Part shown: piece after piece, positions 13,331-31,129 of the stretch
Numbering within the stretch: the stretch's first letter is position 1
Layout: every line of letters starts with the position of its first letter
Assembly (NCBI GenBank): GCA_964016885.1
Contig: OZ024741.1
Span: forward strand, 108,004,001-108,068,000
DNA length: 64,000 nt
Source: Eledone cirrhosa
Lineage: Eukaryota
Direction: 5' to 3'
Notes under the pieces: model-generated
The model's input: only the letters and a program-made list of their open reading frames with translations
Databases searched by the model: none
Told to the model about the DNA's origin: nothing
Translations under genes and position numbers: made by a program

Positions 13331-14284
13331 ATCCAGTAATAATTTGTCCATATTTATTTTTCAGTAAAAAACATGAAAATAATTGGTAATTCCAACCAGC
13401 ATAACACAAAACTAAAATACAATTGCCTCTCTCAAAACCTAAGATCTGCCTACCTCTAAGAACCCAAACGGGGTGTACTATCATAAAAGAAATGTCCCAA
13501 AATGGGGAGAAATGAGACAAAATGGGGAGATTTTACATAATGAAAGCTATACCGATTTCCACAAAAGAAGACATTTCTCATCCACACCAAAGTGGGTGGG
13601 GGATCTCTCCGTCGGACGGGAAGAGTTGACATATCTGTTAACTACGCAGAAAATCTGTTAAATATACGATCACCACCACTGCAGACATTAATCAAGTGGT
13701 ATTTATTCAGTTGGAATGAGTATTTAAGAACGTATTCTATAAAAAATATTTTGAACATTTAGAATATTGCAAATAATATTTTAAACACTAATTAATGATA
13801 TCAGACAGACCTTCCTTGTATAGAAATCTTTCGGCGTTTTCCGACATAAATAAATATGAGATTTACAATAAATTAAATGCTTTCTTCATCATAGAAGAGT
13901 TCGCTTTTAAAATCTCAAAATGACAATTATATTCATTTTTTTCCTCTTGTATTTCCATTAAATTATCACCGTAAGTCTCCTCCTGCTCCTTACAATTGAC
14001 ACGTTGACACAGACAAGCACATGATCTTGCAGGAACACAGATACACAGACATATAGATACAGATGCATACACATGTACACGTATAAGCTCATAGAAGGAA
14101 GGACACGATAAAATCAGTAAGACACGCAGACACAGCGACAGACTCAAAGGTACAGACGAGAGAAACCTAGACACATAAGCATCAAGGCTCAGACACAGAG
14201 ACACACAGACACAGGTATGGGCATTCAGAGACACAGATACACACATTAATACACAGACGCACAGAGACAGACACTGACACACAG

Positions 14285-14317
<33 letters not shown>

Positions 14318-14689
14318 CACTCACTCACACACACAGACACACACAGACACACACAGAGACAGACGCATAAACACACAAACACAGAGTTACAAATACATTG
14401 ACACACCGAGACACAAAGAGAGAAATTTGCACAGTCATACAACGAGCCGGATTTATAGCGAGGCAGACAGGTTATTTTCCACAGGCCTCACACCGTGGGG
14501 CCCAGCAAGATAAATGTTCCCTAGGACAGCCAAATAAATGTATACATATGTTTTTGCATGCGTGTGTACATGTGTGTGTTTCTAAGTATATTAAGACACG
14601 ATAATAAAATAATGGGTTCGATTCCTCATAATAAAATGGTTCTTATTACTTAATAATTCACAGACAGTAGAATAATATCTAGGGAATCA

Positions 14690-14990
14690 AAATGTGCATT
14701 TCTGTGGCAAGTCGACACACTGGTACACTGACAGGAAAAATTAAACATGAACAGCTTGACACTAGATGTTTTATATTCGGATGAGAACTACAAATATCTT
14801 GGGCATGATGAGAATATCACGTATGAAGGAGCTACTGTTAAAAAGAGGGTAAGAAAGGAATGCCTCAAAATTGTATAGAAAATATTGTCATCAGAACACT
14901 CAGTCTACAACAAGTATATCACTCACAATACCAACGGAGAGTTTATTGTAACACACATATTTTGTCTTCTTAACTTAACAAGAATTTAAC
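14690..14990 (+). mobile_element. R4/Dong-like LINE RT fragment
   Basis: NYKYLGHDENITYEGATVKKRVRKEC...ILSSEHSVYNK. Confidence 0.55.
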
Positions 14991-14999
14991 GAAATAGAT

Positions 15000-15260
15000 G
15001 TATATGGTTGAGCATTTCACAGGCGCGTCTACTCTTAACGTAATTCGCAGGGAGATTCGGCCTGACTAAGTATGTAACTTGGCTGGACTTTGAACTATAC
15101 ATACAGTCTATGGGATGGGCTTTCAAATAATTTCCATCTAACCAATTTCATTCACAAGGCTGATATGAAGTTATGTGAACAAAATATACCCAAGATGTCG
15201 TCAGGTGGGATCGAATCGGGTACCTAACAATTGCGAAGCTAACATTTAAAACATTCGTTC
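15000..15260 (-). mobile_element. Decayed tRNA-derived SINE (family C)
   Basis: B-box-like GATTCGATCCCAC on minus followed by CTTGGG..CCTTGTGAATGAAATTGGTTAGATGGAAA core. Confidence 0.55.
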
Positions 15261-16019
15261 ATAGATACATACATACATACATACATATACACATACACGC
15301 ACATACATACATACATACATACATACATACATACATACATACATACATACATACGTATCAGATGGAAGGTTTTCTACTATCTCAGCTGAAGTTCATGCAT
15401 GGCTATGTAACTAGAAACCTTCAAAATGACAATAATATACAGAACCAAAGTCGCCCGTCTTGAACCAACGGTTGGTATATTCACTCTCACTTTGAAGTGC
15501 CTAGGTCTGTATCCCAGGAACAGGAAATAACAACAAAATGCACATAAATGATGGGAATGCAGGTAAGAATTCTAGATGAAATGATAGATGCAGATTCTGT
15601 GGAATAAATAGTGAATATAGGAAACAATTTATAAGTAACTCTGAAGAATGATGGGAAACAAATTTGAGAAAAACAAAACAAAAACAAAAACGTGTGTATT
15701 CAGTCAGTTGCTAACGGGGAATCTATATCAATAGCAAGCGGAAAACGCCTGCTACTTGTCCTCTTATCAGAACATCCTAACTTTTACGAAAGGCACAGAA
15801 AAGTATTGATATGAGCCCCTAAAATTCAATTATCATTAAGCTCTTAAGCAATGGCATCAAAAATCAATTACCGCCATTGCTTAAGATCTCAATGTTTCAA
15901 GGCACACTATTTGAAGTTTTGTGCATGAAGGACCTTCGATAAAAGCCATGTGTGATGCAGAGAGGTCAATTTATGCCTGCAAAGACAAACAATAGTCGTC
16001 TGATCCGCGCGAAGCTATT

Positions 16020-17830
16020 CTTGAGTAAGTTGAAGCGTCAAGAGTCTGGAAAGCTTTTGTTTTTCTCTGTGATATTTGGTTGGTTGTTTCTGTTTACCAT
16101 TCGCATAGGTGCAATTATGTATATACATATGTATATGAGAGTATTGAAGTTTGCTTGAAGCATTGTGGAATAATAATAAAAATTTGGGCGTTTTGGAAGA
16201 CTCAACAATGCAGATGGGTAAATCTCCGGGTAACAGAATCCGTTGGTGAAGCGAGAGATGTAAGAGGAAATGTAGAATGAGATGTATAGTGTGTAGATGA
16301 ACGTAGGAAAGAGCGTAAAAAATAAAAATAATGGCACGACATCGGGTTACCTTGGGGGGTTTGCCGAGGGGGAAAGTTATCTGTCGGAGAGGAACGGTAC
16401 GTGGCCTCATTTGTCCGCCATTTGTGTGTAACTGAGATATTCTGTAGAGCACCCATGTGCGCGGAATAGGTGCGGTCAAGCAAAGGTCGAGGCAGCTCCT
16501 CTTTATTGTGGAAGTGGGATGGTGCTAGCTGTCAATCCATTATACTACCTATATTCAGTCTTTGTTACTGGCAGTGTAGTAGTCTGCCTGATCGCTTGCT
16601 GGTCGGTGGATGGTGGGGGCGCTATACACACAATAACAATCGTTCGAATGCCACTGTCTCGTTTGTTTACACCAGCCACCTCCTCTCGCTTCTCTCGGAT
16701 CGGTTATTTATTTGTGGTCCTAGGCGTTTGATCCAAAGTGCTTCCTTGATTCGTAACGTGCCGACGTTGCGTTCTGTCGCTAGCACTGTGACAATGCGCC
16801 TCCCGTCTTTGTTTCCGCATTTAGTTGTGTTTCCGGAAATACGAGGCCCAGGTGTTGATGTGCTCCTTGATCCGGATATGTAGCGGCCGGTTTCTGTAAC
16901 CGATATAGTAGTGGGTGCACTTGTCACATTCTACCCAGTATACAACGTATATGCGTAAGCAACAGTTCGTTTGGCGCATCGGGACAGTTTCTGAGGGAAC
17001 ACGTGTCAGTCGATTTCCCGGGTTTTTTCCTGAAGAGGCATCGCCGTAGGGAGGGGCCCGAGTGGGCCAGGTGGATGTCGAGGCCCTCTCTCCGTATAGC
17101 CTGCGGATAGCGTTGGTGGTTTTCTCGCCCAGGTGCGGGATTTTAAAGAAGCACTTGCCTTGGGTGTTTCTCTGCCTCTTGGGCCTGGTGTCTCTTATTC
17201 TGTTTGTAAGCGAGGCTGGGTATCCGTTCGTCTCCAGCACCCTGAGGAACCGCTTGATATGGGTGACAACGCTCACGGGATCGCTACATCGGTTTTTAAT
17301 TTGCGTGATCTCGTTCGTGATGTACCCACTTTTAGCACTGTTAGGGAGGGTAGACTTGTAGTGGACGAACAAGTTCCTGCAAGCTGCCTTGCGGTAGAAG
17401 TTGGTGTAGATCCCTCACTGCTCCGCGATGTTGATTCGGAAGTCGAGGAGGGCAAGGGACCCGTCGTCGTTAGGGTGTTCAACACTGAAATCAATGTTCT
17501 CGTCCGCGTTGTTGAACGTCTCATAAATTCCGCTCGCCATCTCCTGGGAAGATGTGAGGATGAGGATGTGGTCCACGTACCCCGAGAAGAAGGCCACCGC
17601 GTTGGAGTGGCAGGTGTTGAGTGGCTTGCGCTCGAGACTGTCCATGCATGAGATCGCTAGTACACCCGACAGGCTTGAGCCCATGGGTAGCCCCGAGGTT
17701 TGCCGGTATGTTTGGTCGAGAAAACCGAAATACGTGTTATCAACGACGACGGATAGGAGCTGGTGGATGTCAGTGGGGGTGAGCACGAAGCAGTGTAGGT
17801 CGGTAATTGAACGCGTGCTATCAGTATATC
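16020..17830 (-). mobile_element. Penelope-like element (Poseidon-like), 5'-truncated and frameshifted
   Basis: NTYFGF..YRQTSGLPMGSSLSGVLA, YVDHILI, LALLDFRI. GIY-YIG VVYWVECDKCTHYYIG..RPLHIRIKEH, RIKEALWIKRLGPQIN. Left boundary is approximate. Confidence 0.88.
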
Positions 17831-18562
17831 AACGGCCGGGAGCGCCGAGACCGAGGTGTAAAGAGCGACCACACGCACACACACACATATATATAATTAG
17901 GAGACGAAGCAAGTCGAATAGAATAACATTGTTTCTTCGGCCGTTTCCTCACTCACTCTATGGAAAACTAGATTCGAATTCAGCTGGCCAGAGTGCACTT
18001 TCGTTAAACAGCGAGGGAAAGGACTTCGTGTGGGTACGATAATACAGGACTGCTATAACAGTTTCTACGGTCACGAACTCTGTATGCGTGTGTGTGTGTA
18101 TGTGTGTGTGAGTGTGTGTGTGTGCGTATATGTATATTTATATGCGTTGGGGTGATAGTCAAAAGTGAAGGATCAAGTATTATGTATTTCGTCTTTTCAA
18201 GGCTCATTTGGGTTAATTATCTCCACTGTCAGAAACTCTGAATTTATGGACATTAACTCTTCCTAAGAATGTAATCTAAATAAATAATCACTTGATGATA
18301 TACTTTCATTTACATGTTGCAAGCCTGATAGGTAGGATTTATTAGCAAGTGCATAACCGCTTTAGTGACGTTTCGAAAAGTTAAATGCCTATTAGAAATA
18401 ATATTTCGGTAGTTGGGTGTAGAAGTAAACGAATTCAACAAGATGCAGTTATCGGGGGATAGGGTATATGAAACTTGATAGTGAATACTTTTATTTAGAG
18501 ACATTACCCAAAAATGTGAAAAGTAATATGAACACAGTTGTAAAGGCTTGGCGAATACAAGC

Positions 18563-18639
<77 letters not shown>

Positions 18640-19269
18640 ATTGGGTAATGTACCCCAATTGCAGATTACTTATGTTACTCAGAAATCTCGCTGGTAAATG
18701 TGAATGACAAAGCCAAAATCCTCCATTTACCTAATCCAGCCGAGCTCAGCATTCTCAGATAATACTAATTTCATTATTTTTGATAGTAGACCTAACTGGA
18801 GTGATGTGTCCTGCACGTGCGATCCAATAAAGATAGTGAGACACACATGGCACCTTATCCATCGCATGCAGTTCTCTAGATAGAGCCAAAGGTACAGGAT
18901 CAGGTTGTACAAATGAGCGATGACAACATTCTAAACTATCAGAAAGAACCCCGTGAATGGGTTACGCTCGCTATACAAGAGCAAATCATGGAATAGTATA
19001 GTAAGGAGTAAAAGGAAGTTACGTAGACCAACTCATGGTATAACAGCCAAAAATACCAGTGTCATAGAAACGAAGTAGCGTATCGATTTATGAGAGGTTT
19101 AGATTAATGGAACTAGAGAATTAAAGTGTTGAATTCCCATAAAATAGCCAGGAATTCTCATAAAATTCCCTTTTAAGAAACGCTCCTATACTGTTAGTGA
19201 CTCTATAGGTGTGTAAGCTACAAAACTAGTAAAGCCGTCTATAGGATAGGGTGTACAGTGTGGATAGAA

Positions 19270-22166
<2,897 letters not shown>

Positions 22167-22181
22167 ATATATATATATATA

Positions 22182-22837
22182 TAGAAGGATTTAAATGGAT
22201 TCAGTTCAGTTAAAAGGAATTTATTGACACATGTTTCAATAACAGTTTCATAACCTGAAAACAGCTGCTATCTACAAAGTATTAGTTATGCAGACATTCA
22301 ATATTTCTATGTTATTATCAACTGTCATTTCATCAGAATAATTTTATTGAGAACTTGTTTGGTTTTTATAGAGAATATTAGGAGGGAGTTGTTAGAAGAA
22401 TAGTTAAGGGAGTGGTTTTTTCATAGCAGTGAGTATTTTTGGTGGCAGTGAGTAATTAGATTCCATCTGTTGTTTTGACATTTTTATAGAATATATTGTT
22501 TGGCGTTGGTTATTTTTCTAAATCTATAGAAGGATTAGAGATAGTATAGATATGCATGGTTGGTTTTGTGTTTGCACTTAATTAACATTCAGACTTAAAT
22601 TTTTCTTTCAAGTGTACGTATCCTTTCGCCCACGCATTCACACACAAACATATATGCACACCTCTACAAAATACATATACTCACATACACATACTTACAT
22701 GCTCATACTTACATACATATATACATGCACACATATATATATACATATATATACATACATACATACGCATTCATGTGTATACATTTTCATACTCAACTTA
22801 TCTTTATAGACACACGTATATACATACATATCCTGTC

Positions 22838-22908
<71 letters not shown>

Positions 22909-25040
22909 ACTTTAATACATGAATACACATACATCTAACTATACACATCAAACATATATATATATAGTTACTCATTTATATACATTTTCACATATATATA
23001 CATACATATGGTCGCTTTTAGACACATTCATTATAGCATATTCGCACCTATTCTCGTCAGCATATCTATCCATTATTAGTGTGGTAATTTAAGGTTATTA
23101 ATATACATATATATGTTGAGAAGAGATTGTTTTTATATTTTTCTAACTAGATTGAGGTTTATATAGTTGGGGGTATGTCCCTCTTTTATGTAATATTCAG
23201 CTTGTAGTGGGAAAAAAGGGTTTTAGTTCGGTGACGGCAGAATAATGTTCGTTCAATTCTGTTATTAAGCAATTTCTTCTTGTGTGTGATTATGTAATAA
23301 ATCTCAAGATTACACAATTTTCAGAAATTTTGGCTCCTGGAAAAGCTTTGGGTTTTAGCTAATTTCTCCCATTTTAGGGTAAACTTTTGATCGCTATCCC
23401 TGAGCGTCCAAGCTTTTTCTGCTAAAGTTGTTACATTTCTTTGGCTCTGGTGTTTTATTGAGTAAGAATGCCTATATAATCGAGATTTAAATGATGTTGC
23501 CGTTGATCCCACGTAATACCATTCGTTGCCTCCGGATTTAATGGTACACTTATAAATGATATTTTTTTCCAGGCAGTTATTGCCGAAGGGGCAGTTGTCA
23601 GGATAGGTGCAGTTACAGTTGTGTACGTTGGGTTTACTCTGGAGTAGTATTGCGGACGAACTTAGGTGTGGTTTATTTATGTTCTGTAGTGTATTGTCTA
23701 CTGTTTTTTTTTGTGTTCTTTGTACTTACGTTTTTAGTGTTTTCGTTTAACCTTCTAGTATTGATCTTTTTTATGTGTTGTTCAAGGTTTAACGCTGTAG
23801 AATATGACAGTCTTATAGTGGTAGGGTTTAGGATTTTGTGGTATGTGTGTGATGTAGGAAAATGTCTCTTAATTATTTTAAAGAAGAGTACTGGTAAATT
23901 TGTACTAAAGGAACTATTGTATTCAGGGTTATACCATAAGTACTCTTTGCATCGCTTTCTATTAGTTTTGTTTGTTGGTTTACTGGCGTGTATACTATGG
24001 TAGTAAGTGTGGTTTGGTGTTGTGTTATTATATCTACCTATGTGGGATTTATTTTGGTTGTTTTGATTGTTCTCATCTATATACTCTATTTTGTTGAGGT
24101 AGCCTGCTTTACCAAGGGCGTTATCGTAGTACTCTGCGTGTTCCTTAAATACTTGTATGTTAGAAGATAGACCCGAGATTCTAAGGGAAATATTTTTAGG
24201 GATAGATTTAATTATAGAGATGAGGTGGTTAGACCCAACATTTACGTAATTGAGATTTTCATTCAATTTATGAAACGGTTTAATCAGACCAGAGTTTAAA
24301 TTGAGTGTGACATCCAGGAAGTTAACTACTTTAAGGTTGTATTCATATGTTATAGTTAGTCCTATTTCGAGTAGTAGTTTTCTTATATCTTTGCGTAGTT
24401 TTTCTAGTTTTTGGTTATTTAGGTTTTTAACTAGGAGGAGAACATCGTCGCGGTATATTCCACCGTGGAGATTACTGAATTTTTCCTGGAGTCTAAAGGC
24501 GATAAATAACCCCACAATATCAGTTATTTCCGCCGAATCGTTAGAGCCCATTGTTATGTCAAAGTTAGAGGGTCTATCTTTACGAACCCAATAACTGTTC
24601 TCAAATTTGACTAGAGTTTTCCTAGCTTCTAATATAATCTTAATTTCATCGTTTGTAAGGTCAGAGTTATCCTTAGCAAACTTAATGGCTCTATTCAGAG
24701 TTTCAGAGCTTCTTCTAACAACTCCCTCCTAATATTCTCTATAAAAACCAAACAGGTTCTCAATAAAATTATTCTGATGAAATGACAGTTGATAATAACT
24801 TTGAAATATTGATTGTCTGCATAACTAATACTTTGTAGATAGCAGCTGTTTTCAGGTGATGGAACTGTTATTGAAACACGTTCCAATCAATTCCTTTTAA
24901 CTGAACTGTATCCATTTAAATCCTTCTATTTTCTCCGGATTACTTTTGAAACTACAACTGGAATCGTCGAGCAAACTCTACGTGAGCTGTCAATCTACTG
25001 TGTGTAATATTCATATTACAACACTACGGAAAATACTGTA
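22182..25040 (-). mobile_element. Penelope-like element, 5'-truncated, with inverted pLTR
   Basis: MGSNDSAEITDIVG, GIYRDD, VNFLDVTLNL, LWYNPEY, CNC..DNCPF.NNCL, YYVGSTATSFKSR. 22182-22400 is the reverse complement of 24710-24929. Both ends lie in (TA)n. Confidence 0.92.
24767..24891 (+). ncRNA. Hammerhead ribozyme with large loop-2 insertion (second copy on minus at ~22218-22343)
   Basis: AATTATT-CTGATGA-AATGACAGTT...AACTGTTATT-GAAAC..GTC-AATAAATT (the GTC version is in the left copy). Confidence 0.65.
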
Positions 25041-25085
<45 letters not shown>

Positions 25086-25516
25086 GTGAGGTTTTTTTAT
25101 GAAATCAAAAATAACTGGTGTCCTACACGAGTGAAAGTATAAAGAAAAAAGATGAAATCGAAAATGCAACTGGAGTCTTATTTAAAAAAAAATATATATA
25201 TTTAATTGGTTCCTTTACCGGTTCGCAGTTCTTCTGCTTTTCAAAAGTAGAGTTGAGATGGAGGCTCTGTGGTTTTTCTCTCATACTGTATATTTTATAT
25301 ACAGTATATAAAATAAGAAAATAAGATGCTGAGTTTACATAAATCATTATAATTATTTACACGGTTCTCCATGCAATCGAGAAGTCCTTCATGCATTTGT
25401 TGTTATGAGAGCGGTATCCTCAGATGATACCCAATTTGTTTGATATGCCGCCGGCAGGAAAAAACACGTCATATTGCTTGTGTGCCCAGCAGGCACACAT
25501 ATACACACACACACGC

Positions 25517-25657
<141 letters not shown>

Positions 25658-25844
25658 AGGCCGCCCATATCATAGGAGAGATTATGAAAGAATACTAGTG
25701 AAAACGCAAAGAGGATAAATGCTCCTCTTTACTATACCAACATGCCAAATCAGATTGAGGGCGCTCATTAGATATCATAAAAGTAAAGATCCTCTGCTCA
25801 TATAGAACTGACACAACACTCAGAGAATTTACAGAGGCTGCATA

Positions 25845-26230
25845 TAATCAAAACAGTAGACAGGGCCTCAACAGAAGAAAATGGAATTGTAAAACTCCAT
25901 GCCACGACTCAACGCCGGGCAAAATAAGACGTGAAAAGACACAAAGAGGGAAATATACAAATCGACACCGGCATACAGGTCGCAAACACACATGAAAAAG
26001 ACAAACATACACACGCAGGCGCATGCGCAAACGTATACGCAGATAGGTAAACTTACCACAAAAAGACAACATCGTGTAAATAAAATAAGACCAGGAAATA
26101 GAGGAGGCACAGAGGGAAACAAATTGTCATTGAATGGGGTCACAGGATGTGTAACTAAAGAACCTTGGAAGACTAACTGATAACAAATAATAATGCTGAA
26201 GTGAAGATCAAATAGTGCGTCTGTTTCATT
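25845..26230 (+). mobile_element. Penelope-like 3' end / pLTR remnant
   Basis: Shares GCATGCGCAAACG and a degenerate ...GATGTG..AAAGAAC HHR-like segment with 42000-42150 and 44680-44720. Confidence 0.5.
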
Positions 26231-26346
26231 GACAGCATGACCAGCCCCAAATTTAAGGATATATAAATACACATTTAACAATATATATATACATAAATGT
26301 ACACACAGAAACACATAAAAACACACGCACACACACAGACACACAC

Positions 26347-26502
<156 letters not shown>

Positions 26503-26533
26503 GTGTGCATATATATATATATATATATATAAT

Positions 26534-26568
<35 letters not shown>

Positions 26569-26596
26569 CACTGTATATATATATATATATATATAA

Positions 26597-26934
26597 GCGC
26601 AGAAGGGATATTCATTTTGTTGGTAATTCAACAAATATATATGTTTATAACTGATTCAGAGCACTCTACACGTTTATGGAATATAATATACAACGATGTT
26701 AAATAAATTGAAACTATATTTATAAAACCATATTTATTCTATTATATATATTTCAAGGGTACCAAAATTTTGGATAGTTGAATCGTTTAGGTATATTCTC
26801 GTTGGTTATGTCAAAATTTATAAAACGCAATTCGTATTTTATCTGATGATAGCGTACCAAAATTTTGGTACCCTTGAAATATATATAATAGAATAAATAT
26901 GGTTTCATAAATATAGTTTCCATTTATTCAAAAT

Positions 26935-26939
<5 letters not shown>
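26597..26939. repeat. Fold-back element (family E), arms 26691-26773 / 26855-26939, with HHR at 26839-26891
   Basis: TTAT-CTGATGA-TAGCGTACCAAAATTTTGGTACCCTT-GAAA-TATATA-TA-ATAG. Confidence 0.85.
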
Positions 26940-27004
<65 letters not shown>

Positions 27005-27065
27005 ATACTTTGGGAGGGTCATGTTGCCAACAAATTCAGAAACGAAATATATATATATACATATT

Positions 27066-27200
<135 letters not shown>

Positions 27201-27617
27201 AGCAAGAATTATGAATGTAGGGGATTTTCATTATACTAAAGAGACTATTATGGCACTCCAAGATATCAGGTTGAGACTTTGTTGAAAATAAAAAAAATGA
27301 TAAAGAAGTATCTCTTATATGATAGATGGTTTATTTTCTCGTGTCAGTGCTACCCCATTAATTTTCGGCAGTTTCAATATGAACTACCATGTTATTTAAA
27401 GTGTTTCTTGTTTTTTTGTTTTTTTTTACATTTAACGAAAACCATCATTTGTAATAAAACCAGTGAAGAGGGAGAAAAGAACCAGGCATAAGACAAATAT
27501 ATAAAATAAAATATATTATCCAGAAAAGCAACTTCTGATATCCATCAAACCAGATAAAAATACATCACATATCCTTCTATCAAAACTAGAATATATATTC
27601 TATAACAAAAGATTATG

Positions 27618-27670
<53 letters not shown>

Positions 27671-27712
27671 AGCATGCACACACTCACATACACACATGTA
27701 TATATTATATAT

Positions 27713-27764
<52 letters not shown>

Positions 27765-27773
27765 ATATATATA

Positions 27774-27830
<57 letters not shown>

Positions 27831-27839
27831 ATATATATA

Positions 27840-27924
<85 letters not shown>

Positions 27925-28652
27925 ATATATATATATATATATATACATATATATACATATGTACATATATATATACTTATATATAAATGAAGAAGAATGT
28001 ATATATATGTATATGTGTCTGTATATTTGTATGTATACTCGATAACGAAGGGGCAACCATCATGTATTTTTATGTATATAGATATGTATGCATATATGTG
28101 AATGTATATAATGGTACATATATAAGTATGTATTTGTACATACACAAAAAGAGTGATATAAGGGAAATGACAGAAAAATATTTTCTCTTCGGTTGGTGGA
28201 ATCTTTTAGTAAGAATATATAAACAAACATACAAACAAACTCCACACAATATATTTCACTATATCATCCACAATAAAAACTTTAGTCAAATCTATTCAGC
28301 AAAACAAAGTATGTTCATTTCTAAAGGACTCCAATTTTGATTTTTCCCGATGGTATTGCTTGCGATGTTATGTGGTAAGCTTTACAAACCGAATGCACTT
28401 ACTGTCTGCAAATGTATGGTGGGATTTATATAACTAATTTTATTCTTGAAGCTGTTTCTTTTTTGTTTTATTTTTTGAGATTTTGTTGTGTGTTATTCGT
28501 CTTGTTGATTTTCTTCTATTTGCCTTCTATTCCTCTGTTTCCTCGCTGTAGTCCAATTGCTGTATACGAGCAACAATCGAGATAGAACGAATGGGTAGTG
28601 ATAGCCTGACTCACGAGATTTGTAAAAACAAATATACTCTACTTATTTTTAG

Positions 28653-28683
<31 letters not shown>

Positions 28684-28693
28684 CTTTTCCGTT

Positions 28694-29065
28694 TACCAAT
28701 ATATATATTTGAATTCTGTATTTCTAAAGAAATACGGTATGTTCATAAATAAACATTTAGAAAGCCATAGCTATGAATAACACACTGGCAACTAACGCCA
28801 CCAGGTGGTGTCTAGCAGAAGCAAGGGGGACAATCGTCGATGCATTTCAAACTCAAATGGTTCTTGTCAGGATGATCTCTCCCACTCTTGCAACTGCTCG
28901 ACGTTGAAAACAGTCCTGACGAGTGTCAGCTGAGTTCGAAATGCATAGACGATTGTCCCCCTTGCTATATATATGTAAATGTTTATTTATAAACATACCG
29001 TATTTCTTTAGAAATACGAAATTCAATTACATATTTGTATACAGCTATGTTCGAAGTTTAATTCC

Positions 29066-29068
<3 letters not shown>
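28694..29068. repeat. Fold-back element with HHR at 28913-28950
   Basis: Arms 28694-28855 (with a ~60-nt insert) / 28931-29039; GTC-CTGACGA-GTGTCAGCTGAGTTC-GAAA-TGCA-TA-GAC. Confidence 0.82.
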
Positions 29069-29160
<92 letters not shown>

Positions 29161-29249
29161 TAACCAAAGATTAGTATGGTTCGTTGATTACTCAACGAAT
29201 ACAATTTTACAATAGATAAGAAGCACTCAGCAGCGGCTTTTCCTGGAGT

Positions 29250-29540
29250 ATATATATATTATTCAAAATGTTAACAAAATGAAAAATATTCTCATAATCA
29301 AAATATATACTTTATTATACATATTTCAAAGGTACTATGGTGTTTAAGTACGTTTTTATCAGACAAAATATATTATTTGATATATGACATACCCCTAAGG
29401 TCTTGATTATTCAATTCCAGTATTGGTAGACTGAAAACGTACTTAAACACCACAGTACCTTTGAAATATGTATAATAAAGTATTTATTTTGATTATGAGA
29501 ATATTTTTCATTTGTTAACATTTTGAATAATATATATATA
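29250..29540. repeat. Fold-back element (family E-related), arms ~29250-29357 / 29434-29540
   Basis: Inverted arms; minus strand CTGATAA...GTACCTTTGAAATATGTATA HHR-like variant. Confidence 0.85.
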
Positions 29541-29549
29541 TATATATAT

Positions 29550-29723
29550 GTAGGAGTTATATTTAATTTGTTGGGATACAACAAGCAAATATTTTTATAA
29601 CTGATATAAAGCACTCAACAAATTTTTGGAGTAAAAATACAATATATTGACAAATGGAATCTATATTTATAATGAAATAAATATGGTTTTATAAATATAG
29701 TTTCCATTTGTTAATATATTGTA
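29550..29723. repeat. Short family-E fold-back, arms 29638-29672 / 29689-29723
   Basis: Same outer arm and same left tail (TTTATAACTGAT..AGCACTC..TGGA) as 26597-26939. Confidence 0.75.
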
Positions 29724-29740
29724 TATATATATATAAATAA

Positions 29741-29776
<36 letters not shown>

Positions 29777-29779
<3 letters not shown>

Positions 29780-30009
29780 AGTGGTTACATAACACTTAGT
29801 TCACCATACCGAGAACAATTGTTTCACCTTAGCGGATCCTCAGCTCGGAATGGGCATAGTTATAGGAACAGGAAGGACAACAGTACGCTAAGGTGAAACA
29901 ATTGTTCTCGGTATGGTGAACTAACTGTTGTGTAACCACTTCTACCTAACTCGTCCCATGGACTGAGTGATCTACCACTACTGAAATTACCTTCCAGTGT
30001 TCCATCACT
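29777..30009. repeat. Fold-back element (family H) with HHR on minus at 29809-29848
   Basis: Arms 29777-29834 / 29886-29943 plus ~66-nt tail; CCGAG-CTGAGGA-TCCGCTAAGGT-GAA-ACAATTGT-T-CTCGG. Confidence 0.88.
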
Positions 30010-30079
30010 ATATATATATATATATATATGAGACCGTGCTAAGGCATCACCATTGTGCTCCACTTTCTACAGCCAACCT

Positions 30080-30880
30080 TCCTATAGCTTCATTCGGGAT
30101 CTTTTTTCGCTGATTAAAATCCTCTTCACCCAGATCGTGTAGATCTCGGTTGTTTTAGTAGCTTATGAATGAGCTGGAGGGCTTTAAACCCAGGGCTATT
30201 GCAATGTTTGTTTTTTTATTCTCGATATGAAGGATTAGAAGTTTTGCACCACACAATGGTGTCCTTTTCAAGCGTTGGTACAGTGATGACCGCCAAATTT
30301 TGGTGATAATCCTTCCATATGTATATTACTGTATATTTCTCCCGTCTTCGTTTCAGTAGCTCATTACCTTCACTGAGATAAATGTCTTAGCGTGCCTTCG
30401 TTTGCGTCAAGTTATGTGGTTAGTTTGACACTGGGGTGACTAGAACTCAAAGCAATAGTGCCGTCGGCTTAGAATAAACGTCTTCTAGATGAACACCGTG
30501 ATTTCCTGGTCTTGTCTACTGAAAGATCTCACAATACAACCGGCTAGTCATCTGCACAATGCCCTCGTTTTGGTGACGTCAACATGTCGCGTATCAATTT
30601 CAACACGGGGATTTCGATTCCTCCTGGTTCAGTGTGACTTTGTTGTTTTGGCCTTGTGTTTGCAGGTTGATAGCGGATGGCTTGAAATATACCTGCATTA
30701 CATTGCTTATTTTTGTCCTCACCCCATTTGTATATGGCATCAAAATCTCGATGTAAGAGAGTAGTTTCAACTGGATTTCTTAATCGCCTGTGCTATTTTC
30801 CTGTCATCAGCATAGCTAGTGAGAGAGACTGTAATACACAGAGCATATCTTAGAGAGCCATCACAAACATCAGTGGTCCC
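30080..30880 (-). mobile_element. Decayed non-LTR fragment, possibly REL-endonuclease type
   Basis: Coding-like composition with weak remnants; clade not resolved. Confidence 0.3.
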
Positions 30881-31129
30881 AGGACTTGTTATTGAACTTT
30901 TCCAAGTTTGTCGAAACTTTAAATCGCCAGATCGCCTTTAAATATCCAAAATTTACTGGTTTGTACCAATATTGGAAATCATTATTTGACATACATTATC
31001 ATTTTAGTGATTTTAATGTACAGACATCTTCCTATTAACCTGTCCATTTGTGAGCAGTTTAATATTATCTAATAATAAAAAAATATCTTATTTTTACGTA
31101 ATATTTAGCATTGTACTTTTAAAGTATTT

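Noticed and set aside
15505-15568. Possible small host exon (AG…CAG|GTAAGA)
   Set aside because: Good donor site but weak acceptor, no recognisable protein and no partner exons; needs RNA-seq
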